A DNA stretch of 64,000 bases from Dehalococcoidia bacterium (GTDB lineage Bacteria; Chloroflexota; Dehalococcoidia; Lucifugimonadales; JADFKI01): positions 1,982,881 to 2,046,880 of the forward strand of contig OY730226.1 in assembly GCA_963422525.1 (NCBI GenBank), given 5' to 3'. The first letter of the stretch is position 1; every line of letters starts with the position of its first letter. Below are positions 37,402-46,008 of the stretch, in pieces. The notes under the pieces were generated by a model. The model was not told where the DNA came from. It made no database searches and was given only the letters and a program-made list of their open reading frames with translations. Position numbers and translations under genes: made by a program.

Positions 37402-38190
37402 CTAAGAATACCCTACTGCTGAAGCGGGCTTGAAGCGGTCGAACTCAGGCGGCAACAGCGGCAAGATCTGCTCCGGCGACATGCCGTACACATCGTAGTT
37501 CATGTTGAGCTGACCAAGCACATCAATGAGACGCGGCAGACTCCCCGGCGGCGCCGTTACCCTGTCATCACCGTAGCTGCCCGCTTTCAGACGATTCCCT
37601 TGACTATCCGCGTACAAAATATGCGCCAGTCCCACAATTCCCGCAGAGCGAAAGAGCTCAGGCGCGCTCGCGAGCCGAAGAGTGAATGTGCTCAGGGAAT
37701 TGACAGGCTCTTCGAGCATAAACCAAGCGCCCTCACTATGCCTTGTATAGATTTCGTAAGCCAGCATCAGCCTATGTGCGTATCGCCGCGTTTCTCCCCG
37801 TCCGGCTTGCGCCCCCGGGTTCGGGTCTATCACATAGGCTATGTCGGGATCTCTTCCCAAGCGTGGATTGCCGTCCGCATCCTTGCGCGCCACCGTATCG
37901 AAGTAGAACATCCCCAGCCACGACCACAGCCGATAGTTTTCGATGACCCGCGACGCTGGCAGCGGGCTAAGACACTCCGTCAGATACAACGCGGCGTCGC
38001 GGCGCGCGCTGAACTGCTGCTGCGTCACATACACCGCCGGCTCCACTTCCGTGGCGTACAGCGGGTTCGTCAGCAGCGAGTCCGGGAACGGGCTATATTT
38101 GCCCTCGCGCAACGACGCTAAGTAATCCTTGGCGTCGCGAATGCCCATATCGGTCAGTTCCCGAACCCTATAAGATTGTCGAGTAGTCAT
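37402..38190 (-). CDS. uncharacterised protein, tandem paralog B (262 aa)
   Basis: Same family as A and C. The 37-nt intergenic spacer is conserved with the B-C spacer. Confidence 0.8.
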   Translation of the reverse strand: MTTRQSYRVRELTDMGIRDAKDYLASLREGKYSPFPDSLLTNPLYATEVEPAVYVTQQQFSARRDAALYLTECLSPLPASRVIENYRLWSWLGMFYFDTVARKDADGNPRLGRDPDIAYVIDPNPGAQAGRGETRRYAHRLMLAYEIYTRHSEGAWFMLEEPVNSLSTFTLRLASAPELFRSAGIVGLAHILYADSQGNRLKAGSYGDDRVTAPPGSLPRLIDVLGQLNMNYDVYGMSPEQILPLLPPEFDRFKPASAVGYS

Positions 38191-38227
38191 CGCTACGCCT
38201 CACGCCAGTTTTTGGATTGTCCCCGCA

Positions 38228-39016
38228 CTAAGAATACCCTACTGCTGAAGCGGGCTTGAAGCGGTCGAACTCAGACGGCAGCAGCGGCAAAATCTGCTCC
38301 GGCGACATGCCGTACACATCGTAGTTCATGTAGAGCTGACCAAGCACATCAATTAGACGAGGCAAACTCCCTGTCGGAGCCGTTACATCGTTGGTCCAAC
38401 CCCACCCAGATCTCATGCCACCCGTCTTTCTATCGATATACAGCAGGTGAGCCAACTCCACAATTCCTCTTGCACGGAAAATCTCCGGAGCGCTTGTAAG
38501 ACGCATCGTGAACCTTCCTAATGAATTAACAGGCTCATTCAGCATGTACCAGGCATTTTCAGCGTGGTGGGTATAGATTTCGTAAGCCAGCATCAGCCTA
38601 TGTGCAAATCGTCTAGTCTCTCCCCATTTAGCCTGTGAGTTGGCTGCAGGGTCTGCCACATACGCAACATCTGGATCTCTGCCCAAGCGCGGGTTGCCGT
38701 CCGCATCCTTGCGCGCCACCGTATCGAAGTAGAACATCCCCAGCCACGACCACAGCCGATAGTTTTCGATGACTCGCGACGCAGGCAGCGGGCTAAGACA
38801 CTCCGTCAGATACAACGCAGCGTCTCGACGGACGCTGAACTGCTGCTGCGTCACATACACCGCCGGCTCCACTTCCGTGGCGTACAGCGGGTTCGTCAGC
38901 AGCGCGTCCGGGAACGGGATAGACTTGCCCTCGCGCAACGACGCTAAGTAATCCTTGGCGTCGCGAATGCCCATATCGGTTAATTCGCGGAGGCGCAAAC
39001 TTTGGTGCGTCGTCAT
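38228..39016 (-). CDS. uncharacterised protein, tandem paralog C (262 aa)
   Basis: Same family as A and B. Its ATG lies 4 nt after the stop of the 254-aa gene, with GGGGAGG upstream. Confidence 0.8.
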   Translation of the reverse strand: MTTHQSLRLRELTDMGIRDAKDYLASLREGKSIPFPDALLTNPLYATEVEPAVYVTQQQFSVRRDAALYLTECLSPLPASRVIENYRLWSWLGMFYFDTVARKDADGNPRLGRDPDVAYVADPAANSQAKWGETRRFAHRLMLAYEIYTHHAENAWYMLNEPVNSLGRFTMRLTSAPEIFRARGIVELAHLLYIDRKTGGMRSGWGWTNDVTAPTGSLPRLIDVLGQLYMNYDVYGMSPEQILPLLPSEFDRFKPASAVGYS

Positions 39017-39020
39017 CCCG

Positions 39021-39785
39021 CTACCTCCCCACCGCCGCCAAATAGCGGTCGCTTGGATGAAACCGCTCGTTGCTGAATGTGCTCACCGCCCCGTCAATCC
39101 ATTCTTTCATATCCGTCTTCGTCTGCTCATCGTTAAGCGACAAGACCGGCATCTCCGCGTCATAGAAATCCCTAACGAAGCCGATCCAGTGCGCCCAGTC
39201 GCCCTCACCGTCCGACGGATCGAATTCGTCGATTATCAGCGCCTGCGTCAGAATAAGCCGCAGCGTCTCAGGAATCACAAGCGCGCGGAAAGCGCCATCC
39301 TCGCGCACGACTGCGCTGATCCCGGGGATGTTCTTGTTCACTTGCATTATCGGTGTGTCATTGCCGCCTCCAAAATCTACCCGCCAAACCTCTTTGTCCA
39401 AATCCTTTTCTTCCAAGTGCAGCAAAGACTTCGTTCCGTCCGCGCCGGCGTATGAAGGCTTTATATTGTCTGCAAGAGCGAGTATGCGCCGCGATCCGTC
39501 GGGGTCTAGCGCCATTATGCGAAACTTCGGAGCCTTAGGCATACTGGTCAGATAGCAATCCGTCGGCGGCATAGGACTTCCCGCCGTACCCCAATCGAAC
39601 CTGCGCGATGAGCGTTCGCGCTTCGCTTCTATCACAATCGGCGCATCAGGCGGCAGATCCAAACGACTGAGATCCACCTTTGCGATAAACTGCGGGTCCT
39701 CATCTTCGTCGGCATCCTGGATCTCTACGCTAACCATACTCTCTTCTATGCGTTTGCGCTGAGTGTAGTTAAACCTGCGTATCAT
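39021..39785 (-). CDS. uncharacterised 254-aa protein, translationally coupled to the GHKL ATPase gene
   Basis: Long ORF overlapping the upstream gene by 17 nt. Acidic N-terminus. No motif recognised. Confidence 0.7.
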   Translation of the reverse strand: MIRRFNYTQRKRIEESMVSVEIQDADEDEDPQFIAKVDLSRLDLPPDAPIVIEAKRERSSRRFDWGTAGSPMPPTDCYLTSMPKAPKFRIMALDPDGSRRILALADNIKPSYAGADGTKSLLHLEEKDLDKEVWRVDFGGGNDTPIMQVNKNIPGISAVVREDGAFRALVIPETLRLILTQALIIDEFDPSDGEGDWAHWIGFVRDFYDAEMPVLSLNDEQTKTDMKEWIDGAVSTFSNERFHPSDRYLAAVGR

Positions 39786-41883
39786 TGTCCGCGCCCCCTA
39801 GTTCCATATCTCCTGAAAGTTCGTCTAACTTCACATACACATCGCGGTTGGAGTCAAAGCCCTGCACACTGAGATCGAAGTCGCGTGGGTCTGATATGTA
39901 CAACCGCATCTCATTGTCCTGCATCTTTGCGTCGAATGTCGCCGCGGTATCTTTGACTGCGCTTGGCGCCGCTTCAGACGGCGGCGCGAAAATGCCGCGC
40001 AGCAGCTTGCCGAATGTCGCCTTTTCCGCAGTTCCGATCTCGGCATTCGCCATCATGACTTCACAGCCCTTGTGCGTGATATTGAGATCTCGCAGTCGAA
40101 AGTCGTTCGGCGTGTAGCTCTTAATTGGGTTGCCGCGCGGCGTCTGATAGGCAACCTGCAACAGAGCGTACTCCGGAGGGTTCTCGCTGTCAGTCGGGAT
40201 TCTTATGCGAAAACCCGTGCCGGAATGTGTGTTGCTTATCTCAAATTTCATAGGATTGCTGTTGATGTCCACCTCTTGTCTGCCGGCAGTGGCGGCAGTT
40301 CCCGTTCTCTGCCCTCTTGAAGCAACCCGACTATTCGGCTCTACATAGAAAAATATGTCCGCGAATGCGTCCTTTTGTATGCTTTCGGTTGGAGTTCGTA
40401 GCGCCTGCAACAGCTTGCGCGTCGCATTCCGAACCGCGGTTATACGCCGCGGCGCCGCTACCCATCGGTCCGTAACTCTATGAACACTCGTCCTCCAACT
40501 CGTATGCGCCGGCGGTTCGGAGTCCCGCAGCATAGCGGCTAGGGGTTCCCTCTCATGCACCGTCAACAGCGTCCTAGCGCTTGTTTGCCCAATAAAGTTC
40601 ATCTCGGATATGGACAACGTGCCGCGCACATAGTAGTCATGCCCTTCCCTCAGCGCATCGTCTTTCTGAATGTACAAGTTGAACTTAGTCTCTTCGCGCG
40701 CTCCATTCTTCCTTTGAACATCCGTGGTTACGCGAAACGGCAACAGCTCATGCGCGTTATACCTACGGCGCAGCCTTTTAATGCCAGCGTAGCCTTCGTC
40801 GTTCATCCGCTCGATGTCCGCAACAAGTATATCTATGTAGTCGCCGTCTGAAAGCGCCATCTTCTGGCGGCACATCTCAAATAGATGCTGATAGCCCTCA
40901 ACGCTGCGTTCGCCGCTGTCTTCTAGGTCGGCTCGCTCAAGAACGGAATCGATAGTATCGGCGGTAATTTCTATCGGCGGCGAGCCGTCGCCCTCGTCAA
41001 GCATTACCTCCAGACTGCGATTAATGATGGCATAAAAGTAGTTGTGGATGATGGCGGCGAGTATTTTGGGCGTTTCCAGCCTCTCGTCTTCGTCGTCTAT
41101 ACGCGGAAACGGGATGATGATAGACAAGCCCGACTCGTCCTTATCGCGCCGCCATAGCCCGAAATCCGTTATGCACTCATCTATAAAAGCCTTTTGCTCG
41201 GAGACAAAGCTGTCCAGCGGCAAAGCGAACTCTTCGTCATCGAAAATGCCGAAGTAGCCATATGGCGCATGCCGCCGCCTGTTGACATCGTGCTTCTTCA
41301 GCACCGACTGCCCCATAAGCAGCGCCGCGTTATCAGAGCGCCGTCGCGTTACCGCGATATATGAGCTGATGCGAGACGCGTCCGGGAACACCCACTTGCC
41401 AAGTCCCCATGAGCCGTTCTCGCTGTCGCCCTTGCCGGAGCGCCCTACATTGCGAAAGAACCAGTAAAAGTGGTTGTTGCTAGCGGATTCCGTTTCAGAG
41501 TCGTCATACTGCTCAAATTTGCCTTCAAGCCCAACAGTGCCAGCGTCTTCTATAACTATGAACGGCAGCCCGCTCTGACTCAGATTGGCATCATCAGCGA
41601 AAAGCGCATGGACATCCATATCGCTTTGCGTTCTGAGATGCCGCGCAAGCCCTTTGATATACTTATTAGCGTAGTAAGCAGGCAGCGGTTTGTGTATGCC
41701 GCGAAGTGAGAATCGCACCCTCACGGGCGTGTTGGCGTCACAGCGAGCGTCCAACGAGTTCTGGATAGCCTCCCGCACAAGACGAGTGTTTATAGGCTCT
41801 TCATCAAAAAACTCACGCTCTATCGGCTCTTGGTTAATTTCGGCTTTACCCATCCTACGAAATCGCCATTGCGCATTTTCCAT
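39769..41883 (-). CDS. GHKL (Bergerat-fold, histidine kinase/Hsp90/MutL-like) ATPase domain protein, 704 aa
   Basis: N box LVREAIQNSLDAR, G1 box VIEDAGTVGL, G2 box GSWGLGKWVF, all within the first ~170 aa. The remaining ~500 aa have no recognised motif. Confidence 0.75.
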   Translation of the reverse strand: MENAQWRFRRMGKAEINQEPIEREFFDEEPINTRLVREAIQNSLDARCDANTPVRVRFSLRGIHKPLPAYYANKYIKGLARHLRTQSDMDVHALFADDANLSQSGLPFIVIEDAGTVGLEGKFEQYDDSETESASNNHFYWFFRNVGRSGKGDSENGSWGLGKWVFPDASRISSYIAVTRRRSDNAALLMGQSVLKKHDVNRRRHAPYGYFGIFDDEEFALPLDSFVSEQKAFIDECITDFGLWRRDKDESGLSIIIPFPRIDDEDERLETPKILAAIIHNYFYAIINRSLEVMLDEGDGSPPIEITADTIDSVLERADLEDSGERSVEGYQHLFEMCRQKMALSDGDYIDILVADIERMNDEGYAGIKRLRRRYNAHELLPFRVTTDVQRKNGAREETKFNLYIQKDDALREGHDYYVRGTLSISEMNFIGQTSARTLLTVHEREPLAAMLRDSEPPAHTSWRTSVHRVTDRWVAAPRRITAVRNATRKLLQALRTPTESIQKDAFADIFFYVEPNSRVASRGQRTGTAATAGRQEVDINSNPMKFEISNTHSGTGFRIRIPTDSENPPEYALLQVAYQTPRGNPIKSYTPNDFRLRDLNITHKGCEVMMANAEIGTAEKATFGKLLRGIFAPPSEAAPSAVKDTAATFDAKMQDNEMRLYISDPRDFDLSVQGFDSNRDVYVKLDELSGDMELGGADNDTQV

Positions 41884-42288
41884 TTGAAGCCTCTGCTATT
41901 CACATTCTTAATATCGCCCACTAACAGAGCGGCATTCACAAAACGCCACTCATATCTCCATCGCCAATGCTATATCCACAGGGACTGCATCGCAAGCCCG
42001 TCGCCCGCCGCTTAAGTCTGATTGCTTAAGGCTAATCACCAGCCGCTGTTACCTTTACGCCATCTGGCCACTCCCGCACGCTGACTATCAGATGCAGCAT
42101 CCGCCCTATGTGCGTCGCGCCCTGTACTGGCAGCAGCGGGATACGCGGAATATGGAATTGCCTCGCCGTCGGGCGACCAGGCGTGCCAAGCGCAGCGCTG
42201 TCTGCGCGGCGACACTACCAAGCGCCGCATACCCACGCTTCGCGCTCGTTACAATCTCTCTAGTCAACGCTGACTAACGCAATGCGGT

Positions 42289-43155
42289 TCATAGCGCCAA
42301 CTCTGTCCTTCGTCCCCTGTATCCAAGCCGCTCGATGATGTCCAGGTCGTAGGGCAGGTCGATGTCGAAGCGGTGCGTCGGCGCAAGTTTATCCGTCTGA
42401 ATCGGCAGCCGCGCCGCCAGCCTATTGTACGCAATCTCCGCCAGCGCCGGCAGTGAAGCCACATCCTCGGCATTGTATCTGACCAGCGTATCGCGGGCGC
42501 GCTCATCGCCTCGCTGCCACAGCCGCCACAACAGCACGGCGTCATAGCCGCTAAGCGCGCTCAGATCGGACGGACGCGCAACATCCGCCTGTCGCTCGAT
42601 AGCCTTCAGACCGCCCGAGAAGCCGGCGCGCCTCAGCGGAAAGCGCAAGTCTATATGCGCCACCGCTCCGAAGATGCTGCCGAAGTGGTGTTCGATGTAC
42701 GGCAGGTCGAATGCCGCGCCGTTGAAGGTTACGATAAGGTCGTACTGCTCCAGCGCCTCACGGAAATCTGCGAGGTTCTCGTCATACAGATATGCGGTAT
42801 AGCCATCGGCGTCCAGCACGCCTATGAGCGTAATGATGCCGCGCTCCGGGGATAGACCCGTAGTTTCGATGTCCAGGAAGGCGGCGCGCGCTCGAAAGTC
42901 GGGATACAGCCGCCAGCGCTCCCTCGCCGGCAACGCCCCGTCGAAGTATGCAGCGTTGCCACATTCATATCTTTCACGTGAATGCCGCACCAGCGCTTGC
43001 AAATCCTCCGCCCTGCGGCAAATGCGTGGCGGCAGATCCGAAGCCATCAGAAAGTCATCCCAGTCGGATATGCCCGCATCCCAGATCTCGCCTTCGGTTA
43101 CCTTGCCAATCCTTGGCAGATGAATGAAAGACTGTTTCAGCAAAGGGAAACTCAC
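42289..43155 (-). CDS. RNase H-like / DnaQ-like exonuclease domain protein (YprB-type)
   Basis: An AAFLDIETTGL ExoI-type motif followed by LIVTFNGAAFDLPYIEHHF in the central region. Confidence 0.7.
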   Translation of the reverse strand: MSFPLLKQSFIHLPRIGKVTEGEIWDAGISDWDDFLMASDLPPRICRRAEDLQALVRHSRERYECGNAAYFDGALPARERWRLYPDFRARAAFLDIETTGLSPERGIITLIGVLDADGYTAYLYDENLADFREALEQYDLIVTFNGAAFDLPYIEHHFGSIFGAVAHIDLRFPLRRAGFSGGLKAIERQADVARPSDLSALSGYDAVLLWRLWQRGDERARDTLVRYNAEDVASLPALAEIAYNRLAARLPIQTDKLAPTHRFDIDLPYDLDIIERLGYRGRRTELAL

Positions 43156-43227
43156 ATGTGAATAGACAGGATGGAAAGGGTGTTCAGTTGGAAGGAGTAG
43201 GAAAGAGCGCGAGACATTAGCCTTGGG

Positions 43228-44559
43228 TCAGCCCGCCAGAGCATGGGAGTAGCGGGCAACACCACCTTTGTATATGAGCCGCATCGTCATAAACTGCCAG
43301 CTCAACACCACCACAATAACGAAGGCAATGCCAGCGCCAATCAACAGCAGCGGCGCGCCAATGTAGTCGGCAAGCGCGCCGTTGAAAAGGTTAGCGGATG
43401 CCATCATCCCGCCTATATGCACAGAATATATGCCCGACACGCGCCCGCGAACGCTGTCGGGGACGATTGTCTGAATCATCGTGTGAGTCAATGTCATAAA
43501 GGCTGCCTGGCTCATGCCCATCAACACAGCGCACAGCAGCGCAACTATGAGGTTGGGGGACAGCCCAAGCGCAATTGGGGCAAGTCCGCTCACTATGCCG
43601 GCGATGAAGAACAGAAGACCTTTTGTAATATCACTGCTGACGCCCGCCAAAGCTAACAGCGAGACCAGCGCGCCGCCGCCGACGCACATCATCAGCAGAC
43701 TGAAGCCCGCGCCGGATTCGTTCAGCAAATCCGCAAACGAAAACAAGAGCCCGGAGTCTGCCCCAGCCGTATCCAGCAATCCTGTGGACATCACGGGCAG
43801 CAGCGCCTCGAAGGACATCGTAAGCCCGCAGTGAAATATCGCCATAATCACTATGGCTAACAGAATGGGCGTCCTGTACACATAGACGGCGCCCGCGGCG
43901 AAGTTTCGGAAAAAGTTCTGCCTGGCGTCGATTTCGCCGGTGGACGAAGTGCGAAGCCGCATGGTCTGGATGAAGCTGACGGCGTAGAAGCCGGCGCACA
44001 AGAATATCGCTCCGGCCGCGCCGGTCGTTGCCATTAGAGGTATGATAGCCATAGGCCCAAGCAGGCGTGAGCCGTGCATAGTCGCTTGATTGAGAGCGAT
44101 TGCATTCAGCAGGTGCATGCGCGGCACCAAGTTGGGTATGAGCGACTGTCCGGCAGGCATCTGCGCCGCCCGCGCGGACCCATTCACGAACGAGAGAACT
44201 ATCAGATGCCATATCTCAGCGTTTCCGCTCAACATCAGAAAGCCAAGAACAACATTGTGCGCCATGTTCACAGCGAACATGGTCCTCAGCACATTTCGCC
44301 GGTCGAAGCGGTCGCAGAGATAACCCGTGAATGGCGACACCAGCACTCTGGGTATCATAGCAGCGAATGTAACCACGCCGACCCATAGCGACGAGTCCGA
44401 AAACTCATATACTATCCAGCCGCGCGCTACGATGAGCGCCCATGCCGCAGCGCCCGCGAAGAAACTAGCCGTCCATAATGTCTGATAATCGCCGTATGCT
44501 AGGGCAGCCAAAAAGCGGCCGCCCACAGCACGACCCTGAGTGGGTTCTGTTGCCATCAA
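43228..44559 (-). CDS. MFS transporter
   Basis: 12-14 TM helices and a GYLCDRFDRRNVL loop 2-3 motif. Confidence 0.85.
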   Translation of the reverse strand: MMATEPTQGRAVGGRFLAALAYGDYQTLWTASFFAGAAAWALIVARGWIVYEFSDSSLWVGVVTFAAMIPRVLVSPFTGYLCDRFDRRNVLRTMFAVNMAHNVVLGFLMLSGNAEIWHLIVLSFVNGSARAAQMPAGQSLIPNLVPRMHLLNAIALNQATMHGSRLLGPMAIIPLMATTGAAGAIFLCAGFYAVSFIQTMRLRTSSTGEIDARQNFFRNFAAGAVYVYRTPILLAIVIMAIFHCGLTMSFEALLPVMSTGLLDTAGADSGLLFSFADLLNESGAGFSLLMMCVGGGALVSLLALAGVSSDITKGLLFFIAGIVSGLAPIALGLSPNLIVALLCAVLMGMSQAAFMTLTHTMIQTIVPDSVRGRVSGIYSVHIGGMMASANLFNGALADYIGAPLLLIGAGIAFVIVVVLSWQFMTMRLIYKGGVARYSHALAG

Positions 44560-44677
44560 TTTTCCTCGATAGCATTTCGTTTTAGGTGAGTCTGTTGAAC
44601 CATCCTGTCCTTCAATAAGCCCAGAACGAACAGGTCACTACCTCCAGCCACCTGAAAGGAAATTACTATCACGAGTG

Positions 44678-45796
44678 TTAGCGCACCTCGACGCAGACGG
44701 GCCTAACGCCGTTGATGATGTAGCCCAGACTGTTCCAGCGCGTTTCAAGGGGTTGGATATTGCCATCCTCGTCTGTTGCCTTTGCCACCAACGTGTAATG
44801 TCCCGTCGATTTGGGCGACCATGTGAAGTTCCACTGCTGCCAAGAGTAACGATACCGGGGTCCCACAAGGTCTGCGTCGCGCCAGGTTTCACCGCCATCG
44901 TCGCTGACTTCTACCCTAGCAATGTGTGCGAAACCGGACCAAGCCATGCCGTTCACAACATAAGACTGCATTGGCAGACTGGCATTCGACTGCGGCCAGC
45001 TTATCAGCGACTTGACATGCATCGTAGAGATGGGGGTCGTCTCACCGTCGTCGTCTTCGATGATGTAGCGATCTTTCTGGAAGAACCCCTCGAAGCACTC
45101 CTGCAGCACGCTTATCTTGCGCAGCCACTTCACTGACGCCATGCCATACCAGCCGGGCACGATAAGGCGCAACGGGTAGCCATGCTCACGCGACAGAGGT
45201 TCGCCGTTCATCTCGTAGGCAAGCAGCGTGTCGGGGTGCATTGCGACATCAATCGGAAGACTTCTAAGATACGGCTGCGACTCCGCTTCGGGGGTCGGCT
45301 GACCAACATCGAAGCCTTCAAAGAGCGCTTCGACAGCGCCGTCTCTGATGCCCGAGCGTTCAAGCAATTCTCGGAGGGGGACGCCCGCCCAGATAGCAGT
45401 GCTAACAGCGCCGTTCTGGAAGGGGTTGCCGGGCACCTGGGGCTCCAGGTCGCTACGGTTGTTGCCGGCGCACTCAAGGGTGATGGGTAGTGTCTGTATG
45501 GGAAGGCTGCGAAAGTCTTTAAGCGACAAAGATAAGGTGTTTTCGACATGCCCGTCTAACGCGAGTTCCCATTCTGAATCGGACTCCCATTGAGGAATCG
45601 AATAGTGATTGCGAATGTAGAAAAGGGGATTGGGGGTAAGCCAGCTTTGCAATGTGGCTTGCGGGGTTTCACCGATGATCGGCTCATCCTCGATTGTTAC
45701 GAGACCCGTTCTTTGGGGCTGAGCGCACGCGGGATCGCTTATATCCATGGCGAACTCAGCCTTGCTACACTTGCATGTATTCATCATCGCCTCCAA
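44678..45796 (-). CDS. sulfite oxidase-like molybdopterin oxidoreductase
   Basis: FYIRNHYSIP, LECAGNNRS, LLAYEMNGEPLSREHGYPLRLIVPGWYGMASVKWL, plus a C-terminal Ig-like dimerisation domain. Confidence 0.85.
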   Translation of the reverse strand: MEAMMNTCKCSKAEFAMDISDPACAQPQRTGLVTIEDEPIIGETPQATLQSWLTPNPLFYIRNHYSIPQWESDSEWELALDGHVENTLSLSLKDFRSLPIQTLPITLECAGNNRSDLEPQVPGNPFQNGAVSTAIWAGVPLRELLERSGIRDGAVEALFEGFDVGQPTPEAESQPYLRSLPIDVAMHPDTLLAYEMNGEPLSREHGYPLRLIVPGWYGMASVKWLRKISVLQECFEGFFQKDRYIIEDDDGETTPISTMHVKSLISWPQSNASLPMQSYVVNGMAWSGFAHIARVEVSDDGGETWRDADLVGPRYRYSWQQWNFTWSPKSTGHYTLVAKATDEDGNIQPLETRWNSLGYIINGVRPVCVEVR

Positions 45797-46008
45797 TAAT
45801 AATTATCACAAGATGCGGCATAAGCCATTTCAACTACTCTACATTATTGCAATTAGTTGCACAAGTGGAATTTCGAAATTAACATCGATGGACAGGACGG
45901 AATGGTTCGACAGCGTAACCGCGTTGCGAATGACATTGGATCTGTCTGGCGTTATACTACGGACTAAGTTCCGTCCACGCCATAATCGGAAGAAGAGGAG
46001 ATATGTAG

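Noticed and set aside
30391-43227. Searched the island flanks and interior for integrase, transposase, IS ends, tRNA attachment or terminal direct/inverted repeats
   Set aside because: None were recognised by eye, so the island is not annotated as a mobile element. The tRNA-Thr gene is 11 kb away and unrelated.
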